Assembly: GCA_963838925.1 (NCBI GenBank)
Contig: CAWISW010000002.1
Coordinates: 224,001-288,000, forward strand
Source of the DNA: an uncultured Nitrososphaerota archaeon
GTDB lineage: Archaea > Thermoproteota > Nitrososphaeria > Nitrososphaerales > Gagatemarchaeaceae
DNA length: 64,000 nucleotides
Direction: 5' to 3'
Positions within the stretch are counted from its first letter, which is position 1; the number at the start of each line of letters is the position of its first letter. The notes below the pieces were generated by a model. The model worked only from the letters and a program-made list of their open reading frames with translations. It was not told the origin of the DNA and did no database searches. The position numbers were made by a program, and so were the translations under genes. Below are positions 1 through 9,900 of the stretch, one piece after another.

Positions 1-402
1 ATCAAGACCAGACGGACGGAATCGCTGACCACTGGGTTGCTCTTCGCTCTGATTCCTGTCATTGGCTTGGGCGCCGTCTATTCGTACGCCTCTGGGCTGA
101 GACCAGAAGGCTCTCCTCTGGGAATCGCAATAGCGATAGGGGCAGTAATAGTGATGCCCTACCTCTGGTGGCAGAAGAGGAGGATAGGCAAGGAGACGAG
201 GAGCATGACTCTGTCAATCGACGCCGTGGAGTCGGCGACCTGCCTCTTCATGTCGATTGCTCTTCTGGGCGGCCTTCTGGCCGAGTACTTCTTTGGGCTC
301 TGGTGGGCTGACTACCTCGCCACCGCGGTGATAGTAGGATTCGTGACAAGAGAAGCGCTCGAGTCCTACCACGAGCTGAAGGATGAAGGTATGCCAGCGT
401 AA
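1..402 (+). CDS. Cation-transporter (CDF-like) membrane protein, 5'-truncated by window edge
   Basis: Frame is open from base 1; several TM helices; DAVESATC and WWAD motifs; adjacent to Mn-homeostasis genes. Confidence 0.55.
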   Translation: MKTRRTESLTTGLLFALIPVIGLGAVYSYASGLRPEGSPLGIAIAIGAVIVMPYLWWQKRRIGKETRSMTLSIDAVESATCLFMSIALLGGLLAEYFFGLWWADYLATAVIVGFVTREALESYHELKDEGMPA

Positions 403-446
403 ATCAGAGCGACCTCAGAGGCCATTATGCTAATCGCAGCCTGTCA

Positions 447-1772
447 TCATACGCTTGTGTAGATCAGAGCAATATTCAGTGCTATTATGGCAGTTCCGAC
501 GGCCAGTGCCACAATGATCGTCGGATGCCGGTTGACGTACCGGCCCATTACCTTCCTCTTGCTTGTGTACCAGATCAACGGGATCATGGGGAGGGGAATC
601 AATATGCTCAGGAAGACCTGGCTGTAGAAGAGCAACGCCAACGGGCTGATCCCCAAGAGGATGCAAACCGTTGTGGGGAAGACGTTGATGCCCCTAGTGA
701 TGATCCGCCGCAGGTATGGGTTCACCTTGATTCCAAGCAGCCCGGTCATCACCTCCTGCCCTGCCAAGGTGCCAACCACGGATGAAGCAATCCCGGAGAA
801 AAGGAGGGTTATCGCAAAGATTATCGCTGCGGCAGAACCGAATAAAGGCCCCAAGATTTCATACGCTTGACTGATTTGCTGGATGTTTGTGTATCCGAAT
901 TTGAAGAACGCGGCTGCCCCGACGACCAGGATCGCCACGTTCACGCAACCGGCGATTGCCAAGATGATGATGGTCTCCCGAAGGTGGAGCCCGAGGAGCT
1001 TCCTCTTCGGGCCATGGTCGCTCTCGTTGATTCCCCACCTGCTAAGCTTGACCGAGGTCAGTGAGGAGTGAAGCCAGAGAACGTGAGGCATCACCGTGGC
1101 CCCGACTATCCCAACTACGACGAGGAGAGTACCGCTGGAAATGTTAGGCGAGACCGAACCAATGACAAAAAGGCTGAGATTCGGCCCGACTCTGAAGAGC
1201 TCATAGAGGAAACCTACGGCAATCACCGAGACGAAGACCATGAAGAAGTATTCCACGATGCGGAGGCGATTGTTTGTTAGCGCTAGGAGGATGATGACGT
1301 CGAGGGCTCCGAAGATGCTCGCATAGAGAAGGGGAATCCCGAAGAGGATGTTAAGCGCGATGACGGTCCCCAGATACTCAGCCAAGTCCGTCGAGGCTAT
1401 GGCAATTTCAGCTGCGAGCCAATAAGGGATTGTGCGGCTTCTGGACTTCAGCGAGCCTCGGATCAGCTGGGGAAGGCTCTTCCCGGTCGCGATCCCCAGC
1501 TTTCCCGACAGGTACTGGAGGATCATCGCCATCGCGCTGGCCATCCAGACCGCCCAGATTAGCGCGTAATTGAACTGCGACCCGCCCGCTATGTCCGTCC
1601 CAAAGTTCCCAGGATCTATGTACGCAAGGCTGACTATCAGAGTGGGCCCCAAGTATGTGAAGAAGTCGTGGAGGGAGATATGCGGGTTGTTCTTTCGATG
1701 CTCCGCAACCTCCGGTTTTTGCGCAGCTTCCGGCGGCTTGAGGCTTCTCGCCGGGGGCTCGGGCATCGTCAT
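447..1772 (-). CDS. mntH: Nramp-family Mn2+/Fe2+ transporter
   Basis: AYIDPGN and GATVMPH signature motifs, ~11 TM helices; start moved to ATG 1772, just downstream of a TATA box at 1795-1802. Confidence 0.93.
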   Translation of the reverse strand: MTMPEPPARSLKPPEAAQKPEVAEHRKNNPHISLHDFFTYLGPTLIVSLAYIDPGNFGTDIAGGSQFNYALIWAVWMASAMAMILQYLSGKLGIATGKSLPQLIRGSLKSRSRTIPYWLAAEIAIASTDLAEYLGTVIALNILFGIPLLYASIFGALDVIILLALTNNRLRIVEYFFMVFVSVIAVGFLYELFRVGPNLSLFVIGSVSPNISSGTLLVVVGIVGATVMPHVLWLHSSLTSVKLSRWGINESDHGPKRKLLGLHLRETIIILAIAGCVNVAILVVGAAAFFKFGYTNIQQISQAYEILGPLFGSAAAIIFAITLLFSGIASSVVGTLAGQEVMTGLLGIKVNPYLRRIITRGINVFPTTVCILLGISPLALLFYSQVFLSILIPLPMIPLIWYTSKRKVMGRYVNRHPTIIVALAVGTAIIALNIALIYTSV

Positions 1773-1794
1773 CAATAATTGGTGAACCTCATTG

Positions 1795-1817
1795 TATTTA
1801 AACTTAGACGGGTCTAA
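1795..1817 (-). promoter_or_regulatory. mntH TATA box (TTTAAATA) with adjacent DtxR/MntR-type operator TTAGAC-GG-GTCTAA
   Basis: Perfect inverted repeat at 1804-1817 of the TTAG-N6-CTAA form seen in DtxR/SirR/MntR boxes, lying over the BRE position. Confidence 0.7.
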
Positions 1818-1960
1818 TATTGTTTGACGTCTCGAACTTCCTCGTCGTGCCACACTTCTTTCTAACCGCCTGGGAATCCGGGCTGTTGGAGCTGTTCGAC
1901 TAAACATGAGTTTCCACCAATCCTTTTATCGGAAGAGTATCTTGACAGCGGCCGAAGTCC

Positions 1961-2395
1961 GTGGCGAAAGCCGTCTCCCCGAACAATGCCTCTCCCAGAT
2001 TGGAGGACTATCTCGAAGCCATCTATTCGTTGTTCGAGGAGAAGGGCTACGCAAGCACCGTCGACATCTCCGACCGATTGCAAGTGAAGCCCCCTACCGT
2101 GACCAGCATGGTCCAGAAGCTAGCGAAGAAGGGGTACCTAATCCACGAGCCCTACAGAGGGATGAAGCTGACCGAGAGCGGGGAGAAGCTTGCCAAGTCG
2201 GTGATTTCCAGGCACCAGGTTATCTCGGAGTTCCTCTCGATGATCGGGGTCGGGAGGAGGGTGGCCTACCAAGACACAGAGGGGATTGAGCACCACATCC
2301 AGCCCGTGACCTTCCGCAAGATAGAGCGGCTCGTTGAGTTCCTTCGAAAGAACCCTGACCAGCTGAGCGAAATCCGCGAATACGTGGACAAGTGA
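1961..2395 (+). CDS. mntR: DtxR/MntR-family metal-dependent repressor
   Basis: EDYLEAIY, wHTH VKPPTVTSMVQKL, RHQVISEFL, EGIEHH metal site; divergent from mntH. Confidence 0.9.
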   Translation: MAKAVSPNNASPRLEDYLEAIYSLFEEKGYASTVDISDRLQVKPPTVTSMVQKLAKKGYLIHEPYRGMKLTESGEKLAKSVISRHQVISEFLSMIGVGRRVAYQDTEGIEHHIQPVTFRKIERLVEFLRKNPDQLSEIREYVDK

Positions 2396-2461
2396 CTAGA
2401 CGCAGCGTTCTCTCGGCCCGACCAATCCTTATCTTCGTGCGCGAGACCAGCACAAGATGGA

Positions 2462-2734
2462 TTGAAGTTCCTCAAGATGGAGTACGTCCCGTCCATCGTC
2501 CTGATCCTCGCCGTCGCCCAGATGGCCTCGTTCGCCGACCAGGGGGTGTTCGAGCTCAGCTACGCGGTGGCGGGGCTCTTCAGCCTGGTCTCGCTCGCGA
2601 GCGGCGTGGGGATATTCGTGTATCTGAGGAAGAGGGACGTCACCGCAGCCAGGATCGCGATCACGACCGGAGTACTGTTCTTCATAGTCCTCTTCGCCGC
2701 GGGCGAGTACCTCTTCGCCACGTACTATCCCTAG
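2462..2734 (+). CDS. Small 3-TM membrane protein
   Basis: 90 aa, three hydrophobic segments, coding-like codon bias. Confidence 0.55.
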   Translation: MKFLKMEYVPSIVLILAVAQMASFADQGVFELSYAVAGLFSLVSLASGVGIFVYLRKRDVTAARIAITTGVLFFIVLFAAGEYLFATYYP

Positions 2735-2771
2735 CGAGCGGCAGCAACCGCCTCTGACGGACTAGGGGCTT

Positions 2772-4352
2772 CTACTTCGCGGGCCTGACCAGGGCTGGAA
2801 GGGGCTTGTGGCTCGTCTGCGCAAGCTTCGTGATGCCCCCGGCGAGGCTCTGGCTCTTGATGCCCTTCGCCTCCAGCGCTTGCGCCGCCCTTAGCGACGT
2901 GTTTCCCGACATGCACACTAGGAGGACGTGCTTCCTCTCTCCCTTTTCCTGCTCTCCGTCAAGGACCGCCAGAAGCCTCTGGGGAACCTCCTGTCCGGTG
3001 ATCAGGCTGACCACGTCTCCCGCCTCTGCGACCCTCACCGACCCCTCTGGGCGCCCGAGCATGCTGGCGATGAGCTTCATCCCTTCCTCGCTGGGCACGT
3101 AGCCCATGTGCGTCCAGACCACGCGGTCGAACCTCCCGGGCCTCGCGATCGCGCTCTCGAGGGTCACCTCGAGGCCCTCCTCCTTCTCCTCCTGGTCGAG
3201 GGCCGACTCGACGATGCGCTTGTACTTCTTCGCCCCGTCGGCGAGTATCACGACGAACCCCCCGTCCATGCCGAAGTTGACCATCTGGACGACGGCATAG
3301 AGCCCGAGCGCGCTGCTCTCGCCGATGTCGACACTCCTCCTCACGAGGAAGCTGAAGAGCCTCTTTGCCTGCTCGAAGTCGACTTCGTGCTCTCCGGCGT
3401 ACATCTGCGGCTCGTAGAACTTGAGCCCCGCCGCCTTGCCCTTTGTGCGAATACCCGCAACGTCGCGCCCCTCCGGCGGGAAGACCGCGTGCACGACCTT
3501 CCTCCCCCCGTACTTCCCCTGCACGTACCTGCTCAGCCCCCCCGACGTGCCGCCCGTCCCGAATGTGCAGACGATGTGAAAGTCACCGAGCGACTGCCCT
3601 AGCTCGTGAAGCTGTTGGTCTATCTCGGGGCCTGTCACCATGGCGTGCGCGTTCACGTTCTGCTCGTTGTCGTACTGCTCCGGGCAGTACCCGCCGTACG
3701 CCTCCGCAAACACCTTCGCCAGGTTGATCACGTCCTGCCTCGCCAGCAGCTCCTCGACCTTGGAGCGGGATGCGTCGAAGACCGCCGTGTCGAGGCCTAT
3801 CTCCGCGAACCTCTCCCTCATGTTCGTGGCCACGACCTTCGCGAGGAGCATGTTGGGGTCCATCTGCATCCCGGGAGCGGGGCAAACGTCGACGTCCAGG
3901 TCCACCGTCTTGACGTTGCTCCTGTCCAGCTCCTCAAGGACGCCCTCCTGCAGCTTCCTGGAGACCAGAACCACCACCTTGATCCCGAGGTTCCCGAGCT
4001 GCCCCAGGGCGATCCCGAAGTTGCCCGAGGTCGCCTCGAACACCACCATCCCCCGCCTGAGCTCGCCGGACATTATCGCCTCGTGCACGATCTGAGCCGC
4101 CGCCCTGCTCTTGACCGAGCCGCCTAGGAGAGGAGCCTCCAGCTTTCCGAACACAACAAAGTCCCTCTTCGAAAAGTCCAGACCGTACTCCTGGCTCGCG
4201 CAGTCTTTGATCGCCTCGGTGAGGTCGAGAAGCGGCGTCGGGTTCGCTATCCTGCCGCCTTCGACGTGAGGGATCTTGGCCAGAATCTCCTTCTCGAACG
4301 CTCGGAGGAGTTCAATGTCGACTCCGGTGCCAGGGTTAGCGCGCGCCTGCAA
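2772..4352 (-). CDS. PLP-dependent cysteine synthase-like enzyme with C-terminal rhodanese domain
   Basis: GGSVKSR (PLP Lys), EATSGNFG, GTGGTSGG; C-terminal CMSGNTS rhodanese loop. Confidence 0.8.
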   Translation of the reverse strand: MQARANPGTGVDIELLRAFEKEILAKIPHVEGGRIANPTPLLDLTEAIKDCASQEYGLDFSKRDFVVFGKLEAPLLGGSVKSRAAAQIVHEAIMSGELRRGMVVFEATSGNFGIALGQLGNLGIKVVVLVSRKLQEGVLEELDRSNVKTVDLDVDVCPAPGMQMDPNMLLAKVVATNMRERFAEIGLDTAVFDASRSKVEELLARQDVINLAKVFAEAYGGYCPEQYDNEQNVNAHAMVTGPEIDQQLHELGQSLGDFHIVCTFGTGGTSGGLSRYVQGKYGGRKVVHAVFPPEGRDVAGIRTKGKAAGLKFYEPQMYAGEHEVDFEQAKRLFSFLVRRSVDIGESSALGLYAVVQMVNFGMDGGFVVILADGAKKYKRIVESALDQEEKEEGLEVTLESAIARPGRFDRVVWTHMGYVPSEEGMKLIASMLGRPEGSVRVAEAGDVVSLITGQEVPQRLLAVLDGEQEKGERKHVLLVCMSGNTSLRAAQALEAKGIKSQSLAGGITKLAQTSHKPLPALVRPAK

Positions 4353-4520
4353 TTTCTTGACTTTCGCTTTGCCGCCACAATATAAGCCCAGTGATTTCTT
4401 GTGGGCTTGGCGGCAATCTTTTCCTGTCCCGCGTCCGTCGGCAGTCCGTCAGCGCGGGCCGCGTCCCGTGAACGCTTCAACGAACTGGTTTTCTCACGAA
4501 ACGAGGGCGGTCGGATAGAA

Positions 4521-4550
4521 TTAAATACAAACTTAACCTAACTAGTTAGG
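4521..4550 (+). promoter_or_regulatory. CIS operon promoter: TATA (TTAAATA 4521-4527) and perfect 14-bp palindrome CCTAACTAGTTAGG (4537-4550)
   Basis: TATA ~25 nt upstream of the sheath ATG (leaderless spacing); the palindrome is its own reverse complement. Confidence 0.65.
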
Positions 4551-4551
4551 C

Positions 4552-5904
4552 ATGGCAAGGGTTATTCCAGGCGTCGAAATCAAAGTCGTCAAAGAAATCG
4601 TCCCACAGCAGCTCTACCCATCGGGCGTTGTCGGGATGATCGGCACAGCTGAGGGCGGGCCCATCCTGAAGCCCACCGGGGTCACGAGCTACAGGGAGCT
4701 CGTATCGATATTCGGGGGCGAGTCCGGTTCGCTCGTACGCGACGCGAAGCTTGCCTTCCTCAACGGAGTCTTCCAGGTCTACGCGACGCGCATCGAAGGC
4801 ACGGGCGGGACCATGGCCACCGCGAGCCTCCAGGGCGCACGGAGGAGGAACGTCGTGAGGCTCACCTCGAAGCTCTCGGGCGAGGCCGGGAACGAGACCG
4901 AGGTCATCGTGATGCGCGGGCAGAGCGAGAACACGGTACGCCTGGAGATAACCAACGACAAGATGCAGGAGACTTTCGATAACCTCACGATGCAGTCCGG
5001 GACGGAGCTCTTCCTTCCAGACTTTCTGAACGCAAACTCGAAGATAGTCGCGGCTGAGGACCTGAAGGCGAGCCTGGAGTTCCCAGACAGCAACCCCGTC
5101 GACGCCGAGATCCAGCTCGCAGGCGGAGCCTCGCAGCCGCCGACCAAGGACGACTACCAGAAGGCACTCGAGATGCTCGAGATGGAGCCGGAGGTAGACA
5201 GCGTGTATGCCTGCGACTCTTGGGACCCCGCGGTCCACGCCCTCGTCGATGCCCACTGCAAGAACATGAGCACCGACTGCAAGAACAGGATCGGGTTCGG
5301 GACGGTCGCCCCCAACGAGTCAGTCGAAGACATCCTCAAGAGGGTAGACGTCCTCGCGAGCGACAGGTTCGTCCTCACAGCTCCCTATGGGATCGGGGGC
5401 GCGGTGGCCGGGCTCATAAGCAAGCTTAGCTACTGGGAGTCGCCCACGTTCAAGGCGCTCACAGGGATAGCCAACATCGAGCACAGGTACACCCCCTCGG
5501 AGCAGATGAAACTCCTCTCCAACGGCATCTTGCCGGTTGACGCGGTGAGGGGCAGGGGGCTGATAGTGGTCAAGGGCATCACGTCCAGTAAAGAGCAGAT
5601 CAGCGTGATGAGGGTGGCGGACCACGCGGTGCGCGGCGTCAAGAACGTGGCAGACAACTTCATCGGGACGCTCAACAACGACAGGGGAAGGACGGCCCTG
5701 AGGGAAGGCCTCGCGGGCTTCCTGACAGGGATGTCCAAAGAAGGCTCGCTCGTCCCAAGCGTGGACGGGAAGAACCCGCCGTTCCTGGTCGACGTCTACT
5801 CCTCCCAGGAGGACTTCGCCCAGGGCATAGTGCGCGCGGACGTGGCGGTGAGGCCGGTGAGGGCGATGGATTATATCTACGCCACACTGACGGTGGAGGC
5901 ATAA
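4552..5904 (+). CDS. Contractile tail sheath protein
   Basis: N-terminal IPGVEIKVV, GMIGTAEGGP; C-terminal FIGTLNNDRGR and VAVRPVRAMDYIYATL typical of sheath C-domain; 450 aa. Confidence 0.9.
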   Translation: MARVIPGVEIKVVKEIVPQQLYPSGVVGMIGTAEGGPILKPTGVTSYRELVSIFGGESGSLVRDAKLAFLNGVFQVYATRIEGTGGTMATASLQGARRRNVVRLTSKLSGEAGNETEVIVMRGQSENTVRLEITNDKMQETFDNLTMQSGTELFLPDFLNANSKIVAAEDLKASLEFPDSNPVDAEIQLAGGASQPPTKDDYQKALEMLEMEPEVDSVYACDSWDPAVHALVDAHCKNMSTDCKNRIGFGTVAPNESVEDILKRVDVLASDRFVLTAPYGIGGAVAGLISKLSYWESPTFKALTGIANIEHRYTPSEQMKLLSNGILPVDAVRGRGLIVVKGITSSKEQISVMRVADHAVRGVKNVADNFIGTLNNDRGRTALREGLAGFLTGMSKEGSLVPSVDGKNPPFLVDVYSSQEDFAQGIVRADVAVRPVRAMDYIYATLTVEA

Positions 5905-5913
5905 AGGGGGTAG

Positions 5914-6321
5914 ATGGAGATGTCCACACTAGTAGCGGCGAACGCCAGCCAGATCACCATCGACGGGAAGACGGTGCCAGGGATCCAGTCCATCGACTTC
6001 AAGATAGCGAGGAACAGGCAGAACATCCACGCCATCAGCACCGAGGAGCGCCTCGGCGCCTACTATGGCGCCCTGTTCGTCCAGGGCTCGATGAAGATAA
6101 AGTCCAACTACGACCCGTTGGACAAGAAGATGTACGAGACCATCCCCGCGCTCAAGTTCTTCCAGGTCGTGGTCCAGCTTCAGCCTCAGGCCGTGACCAG
6201 CCCCACCAAGAAGATCACCTTCGACGAGTGCATCCTCGAGGACAAGACCTTCGCGATGGACGCGACCGGCGTCGGGATGACGACGTACAACTTCACAGCC
6301 ACTAGAATCCGCGAAGAGTAG
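5914..6321 (+). CDS. Tail tube protein
   Basis: 135-aa beta-rich protein directly after sheath; KITFDECI and TYNFTAT tube-like pattern. Confidence 0.75.
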   Translation: MEMSTLVAANASQITIDGKTVPGIQSIDFKIARNRQNIHAISTEERLGAYYGALFVQGSMKIKSNYDPLDKKMYETIPALKFFQVVVQLQPQAVTSPTKKITFDECILEDKTFAMDATGVGMTTYNFTATRIREE

Positions 6322-6329
6322 GCTGAGCT

Positions 6330-6701
6330 TTGGCGGATAGAAAGCTCACCAAGGAGGACATACTCGAGGGCTCCCGGAAACGGGAGACCGTCTTTGTCAA
6401 GGAGTATGGCGCCAACGTGGTGGTGAGGCCCCTCACCGACGGTGAGCTTTCGAAGATCTTTTCCATCATCGGGCCCGTCCCTCTCAACCCGGACGGGACG
6501 CCCGACCTCCGCAAGATAGAGATCGACAAGAACTTCGAGGCCCTGCGCCTGGCGACCGAGCTGGGCCTGATAGAGCCCAAGCTGGACGGAATGGGCGTAT
6601 CGGACATGAAGTTCGGGGTCCCCGAGTTCATCGGGATGAAGATCCTCGAGCTGAGCGGGGTCGCTCCGGCGGAGCAGGCTAAAAAAAAAGGCGTGAAGTA
6701 G
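6330..6701 (+). CDS. Tail assembly chaperone (gpG-like)
   Basis: LTKEDIL...VVVRPLTDGE N-terminus; position between tube and tape-measure candidate; ends in A9 run (AKKK). Confidence 0.7.
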   Translation: MADRKLTKEDILEGSRKRETVFVKEYGANVVVRPLTDGELSKIFSIIGPVPLNPDGTPDLRKIEIDKNFEALRLATELGLIEPKLDGMGVSDMKFGVPEFIGMKILELSGVAPAEQAKKKGVK

Positions 6702-6922
6702 AGGACTTCGCCCGAAGCCCGGAAGGGATTGAGTTGGCGACGCTGTGCATCGACCTCGGATACAAGCTCGCCCCCGAGGCCCGCGACCTCACGCGGATGC
6801 AGATCAACTTCCTCATGGCCGTGCTCGCGACGCGGGCGGAGTCGGCAGCGGTGGCGGACCTCGCAGAGCAAGGAGTCACGAGGATAGTGTTCAGGGACGA
6901 CGCCACGGAAGGCGGGAGTTGA
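6689..6922 (+). CDS. Tail assembly chaperone C-terminal module (gpT-like), probably reached by -1 frameshift
   Basis: -1 frame is open from the A9 run (REVEDFARSPEGIELATLCIDLGYKLA...DLTRMQINFL) and closed upstream by TAA at 6680-6682. Confidence 0.6.
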   Translation, partial: RREVEDFARSPEGIELATLCIDLGYKLAPEARDLTRMQINFLMAVLATRAESAAVADLAEQGVTRIVFRDDATEGGS

Positions 6923-6929
6923 CACCTGA

Positions 6930-9900
6930 TTGGCGAAGCGTAGCGAAAGCGAGCTCGACCGGCTGCGGAAGACCGTCGCCTCCTACGTGAAGGGACTGAT
7001 AGTCCTCGGCCTTGCCGCGCAGACGCTCTCGTCCTCTGGCGGAAGCTACCTCGCCGTGTCCCGATTGATCGGCGCAGGCATAGCCCTCGCGAGCAGGCTT
7101 CAACGAGGCATCGTCGTCAGGGTGGTGGGCGCGCCGCTGGTCAGGCGCCGTCCGCGCCGCAGGTCAAGAGCCGAAGCTTCGGAGGAGTACCCCGAGCCCT
7201 CGGGCTCCGCGGCCGAGGGAGCCACTGCCCGGGACCAGGCCTCGACGGGGTGGGAGGAGGTCGTGCCGCCGTCGCTCGCTCTCGCAGAGATAGACAGCCA
7301 GCCCTTCTCACTTGCGAGGGCGCTCCCGTCGATCGTCGCCGCACAACAATCCACTTTCAGGGCACTGTCGTCAGTCAACGCCGCCGTCTCGCGCGCGGTA
7401 GGGGGCGCGGGATTCGCATCCAGCCCATCACGGGCACCGCCCAGCCTGACGGCCCTGGAGCAGGGTCAGAGGCCGAGCCCCGAAGCGTTCCCGGAGAACC
7501 AGGCGACGTCTTTCGCGGGTGGGATGCCAGCCCTCGCGGCGGGAGTCGCGTTCAGGGCGGCCGCCTCCTCGATGGCCTTCAACCTCAGCAGCGCCGCCCA
7601 CGAGATGACCAACATCGCGCTGGGCTCCCAGGCCGTCGGCGCGAACTTCGCGTCGCAGCAGCCCCGCGCGGCGAAGGAGGGAACCGGGTTCCTGCCCGCC
7701 TCTCCCGCCGCGCCCTCGCCTTCACTCGCACAACAGTCCATCACCGGGAACGTCGACACCACGTTCAAGGGCGCCCAGCCCAGCGGCGCGAACCTAGGAC
7801 TGGTCAGCAGCGCGGGAGGCGCGTCTCCACCGACGACCCAGGCCCCTGCAGCTCCTTCGGCGGCCCTTCCTCTCACCAGAGAGTCGAGCGGAGCCCCGGG
7901 TCTATCCGCGGAGGTCGGCGGGCCTGCTGCCGGTTCGCAGTCCGGGGGAGTCACCGCCGGAACTTCTTCGTCTGGGTCTGGCGTCGAGCTGAACGCGGGA
8001 CCTTACACGGTGCCGAACGGGTTCAACTCCGTCCTTGCCTCGCCGCCCGTTGCAGCTGCCAGCCGGCTCTCGATGCAGGTCCGGTCGCTCGCTGCCTCGG
8101 CGTCTTCCGGTCAACTTCCGATTCGCGCCTCTCAGGAACCCTCCCACTCCGGAAGTCCGACCCAGGCTCTATCGGTCGTCCCCGAGCAATACCCTTCCAC
8201 ATATCCCGTGGGGGCTGCCTACTCGGTGAGCAGTCTGGTCGCGTCGCTCGGGCTCGGCCAGACCGGCCGCCCTGAGGCGCCCGCCTCCGCGCAGGAGGAG
8301 GCCGCTGCGCGGCTCACCCCGGAGGAGGCGCCGGGCGCCGAGGATGCCACAAGGACCTCGCGAGGGGCTTTCGTCGGCGAGCCGTTGGAGGCGCGGGGCG
8401 CTGGGATTGGGGGAGGGCCGTCTTCTCCAGAGGAAACAGCCCTCGGCGGGCCGCAGGTGTATGCCGAAGAGGGGGGCGCAGTCGCTTCCTCAAGCGATGC
8501 GCGCATCTCTAACGCCCAGCCGGTCGCCTCAAGGGGAGAGTTCGCATCGTTCGCTCCCGTGTTTGGCAAAAGGTGGCTCCAGTCCATAGCCGAGGCTGCG
8601 AGCATTGGGGGTGCCATGCTCGGAATGCTGACTGGCTCAGCCGCTTTGCCCTGGGACGGCACCTGGATACAGAAAGTCGGAGCGGAGGCCCGACCAACAC
8701 TCCCCTCTCGAAGCGTTTCGGGTCAAGCGATCGCGCCTCCGAGTTCTGCGGTGGGTGGCGGCCGAATCCTCGGACGAGGGGCAATCGTTCCCGAGGCGCA
8801 AGCGGCCCCCGAGGCCCGCGCGACCCAGCTTTCTAGCACCGTGTCAGGTCAACCTATCGCACCCTCGAGCTCAGGGGTGGATGGGAGCCGAGCATCTGGA
8901 AGGCGGGAATTGATTCCAGAGGTCGAGGCAGCCCCCGCGGGCACAGCTACGTCGCCAAGCGCGACTCCAGCTTCAACCGAGGTTCCGCGGGGAACCGAGT
9001 GGAGAGACTTGGCGAAGCGGGAAGAGGACATCTCGCCGACCTCGGGCCGGAACGTCCCCGCCCGGCCTCAGGAGCCGGAGTCCTCCCAGGCACCCCACCG
9101 GCAAGCCGGAATCTCGACCTGGGAGGCCGCCACGCTTCTTCCCGGGATCCTCACGCCGTCACTGTCCGCCGCCTTGTCCGCGCAAGCCCCCCCATCGCCA
9201 TCGGCAAGCCTGGACCTAAACTCCCGACCTGCCGTTTCAATCTCGACATCCGGCCTGGGGCTCGAAGGGGAGACCGCGCCAAGGCAGAGCTTCGATGCGC
9301 TCCGGCTCGCTGCTTCCCTAAGATCGGCACTTCTAGGCGTCTCCGCCAGCCTCATGGGTGCAAGGACCACCCTCCCCGCGGAGTCAGCCATGAAGCCGAC
9401 CCTCCGTCCGCAACTGGCTCAATATCTCGAGGCCACGGCCGGGAGGGGCCCCGGGACGTTCGTCAGTACCGGCGCCTCCGGCGTCTCGCGGAGGGTCGAC
9501 AGCTTCGAGCTCTCAAGAGCCCAGCGGGCACGCGAAGCCTTCCAGGGGCCCACGGAGGTCGCCTCATTCGCGACCACAAACCTTGCTGCACTTCAGGCCG
9601 CTTTCGTCTCACGCGGCTTGATCCCGGGCGGTGCGGTCGGGCGAGCGGGGAGCGCCCCCTCACTCACCATCGAGGCAGCAGGCGGGGAGGGCCAGAAGGC
9701 CACGCCGGGAACTCTTGCACCGGCCTCGCGCTCACCGCTAGCCCGGCGCGCCCTCGGCCAGTCGTCGGCGGCTCCTGAGCTGTCCTCTAGAGAGCTGGAG
9801 GAGCGAGCCCACGCGACGAACGCCGGGCGGGATCATTCCGCTTCCAGGGGTGTCTCCCCAACCAGCGAGAGAGATCTCGAGGCCGTGCTGGCATCCCTGT

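Noticed and set aside
1773-1907. N-terminal extension of MntH in the ORF track
   Set aside because: Overlaps the TATA box and operator; the likely start is ATG 1772
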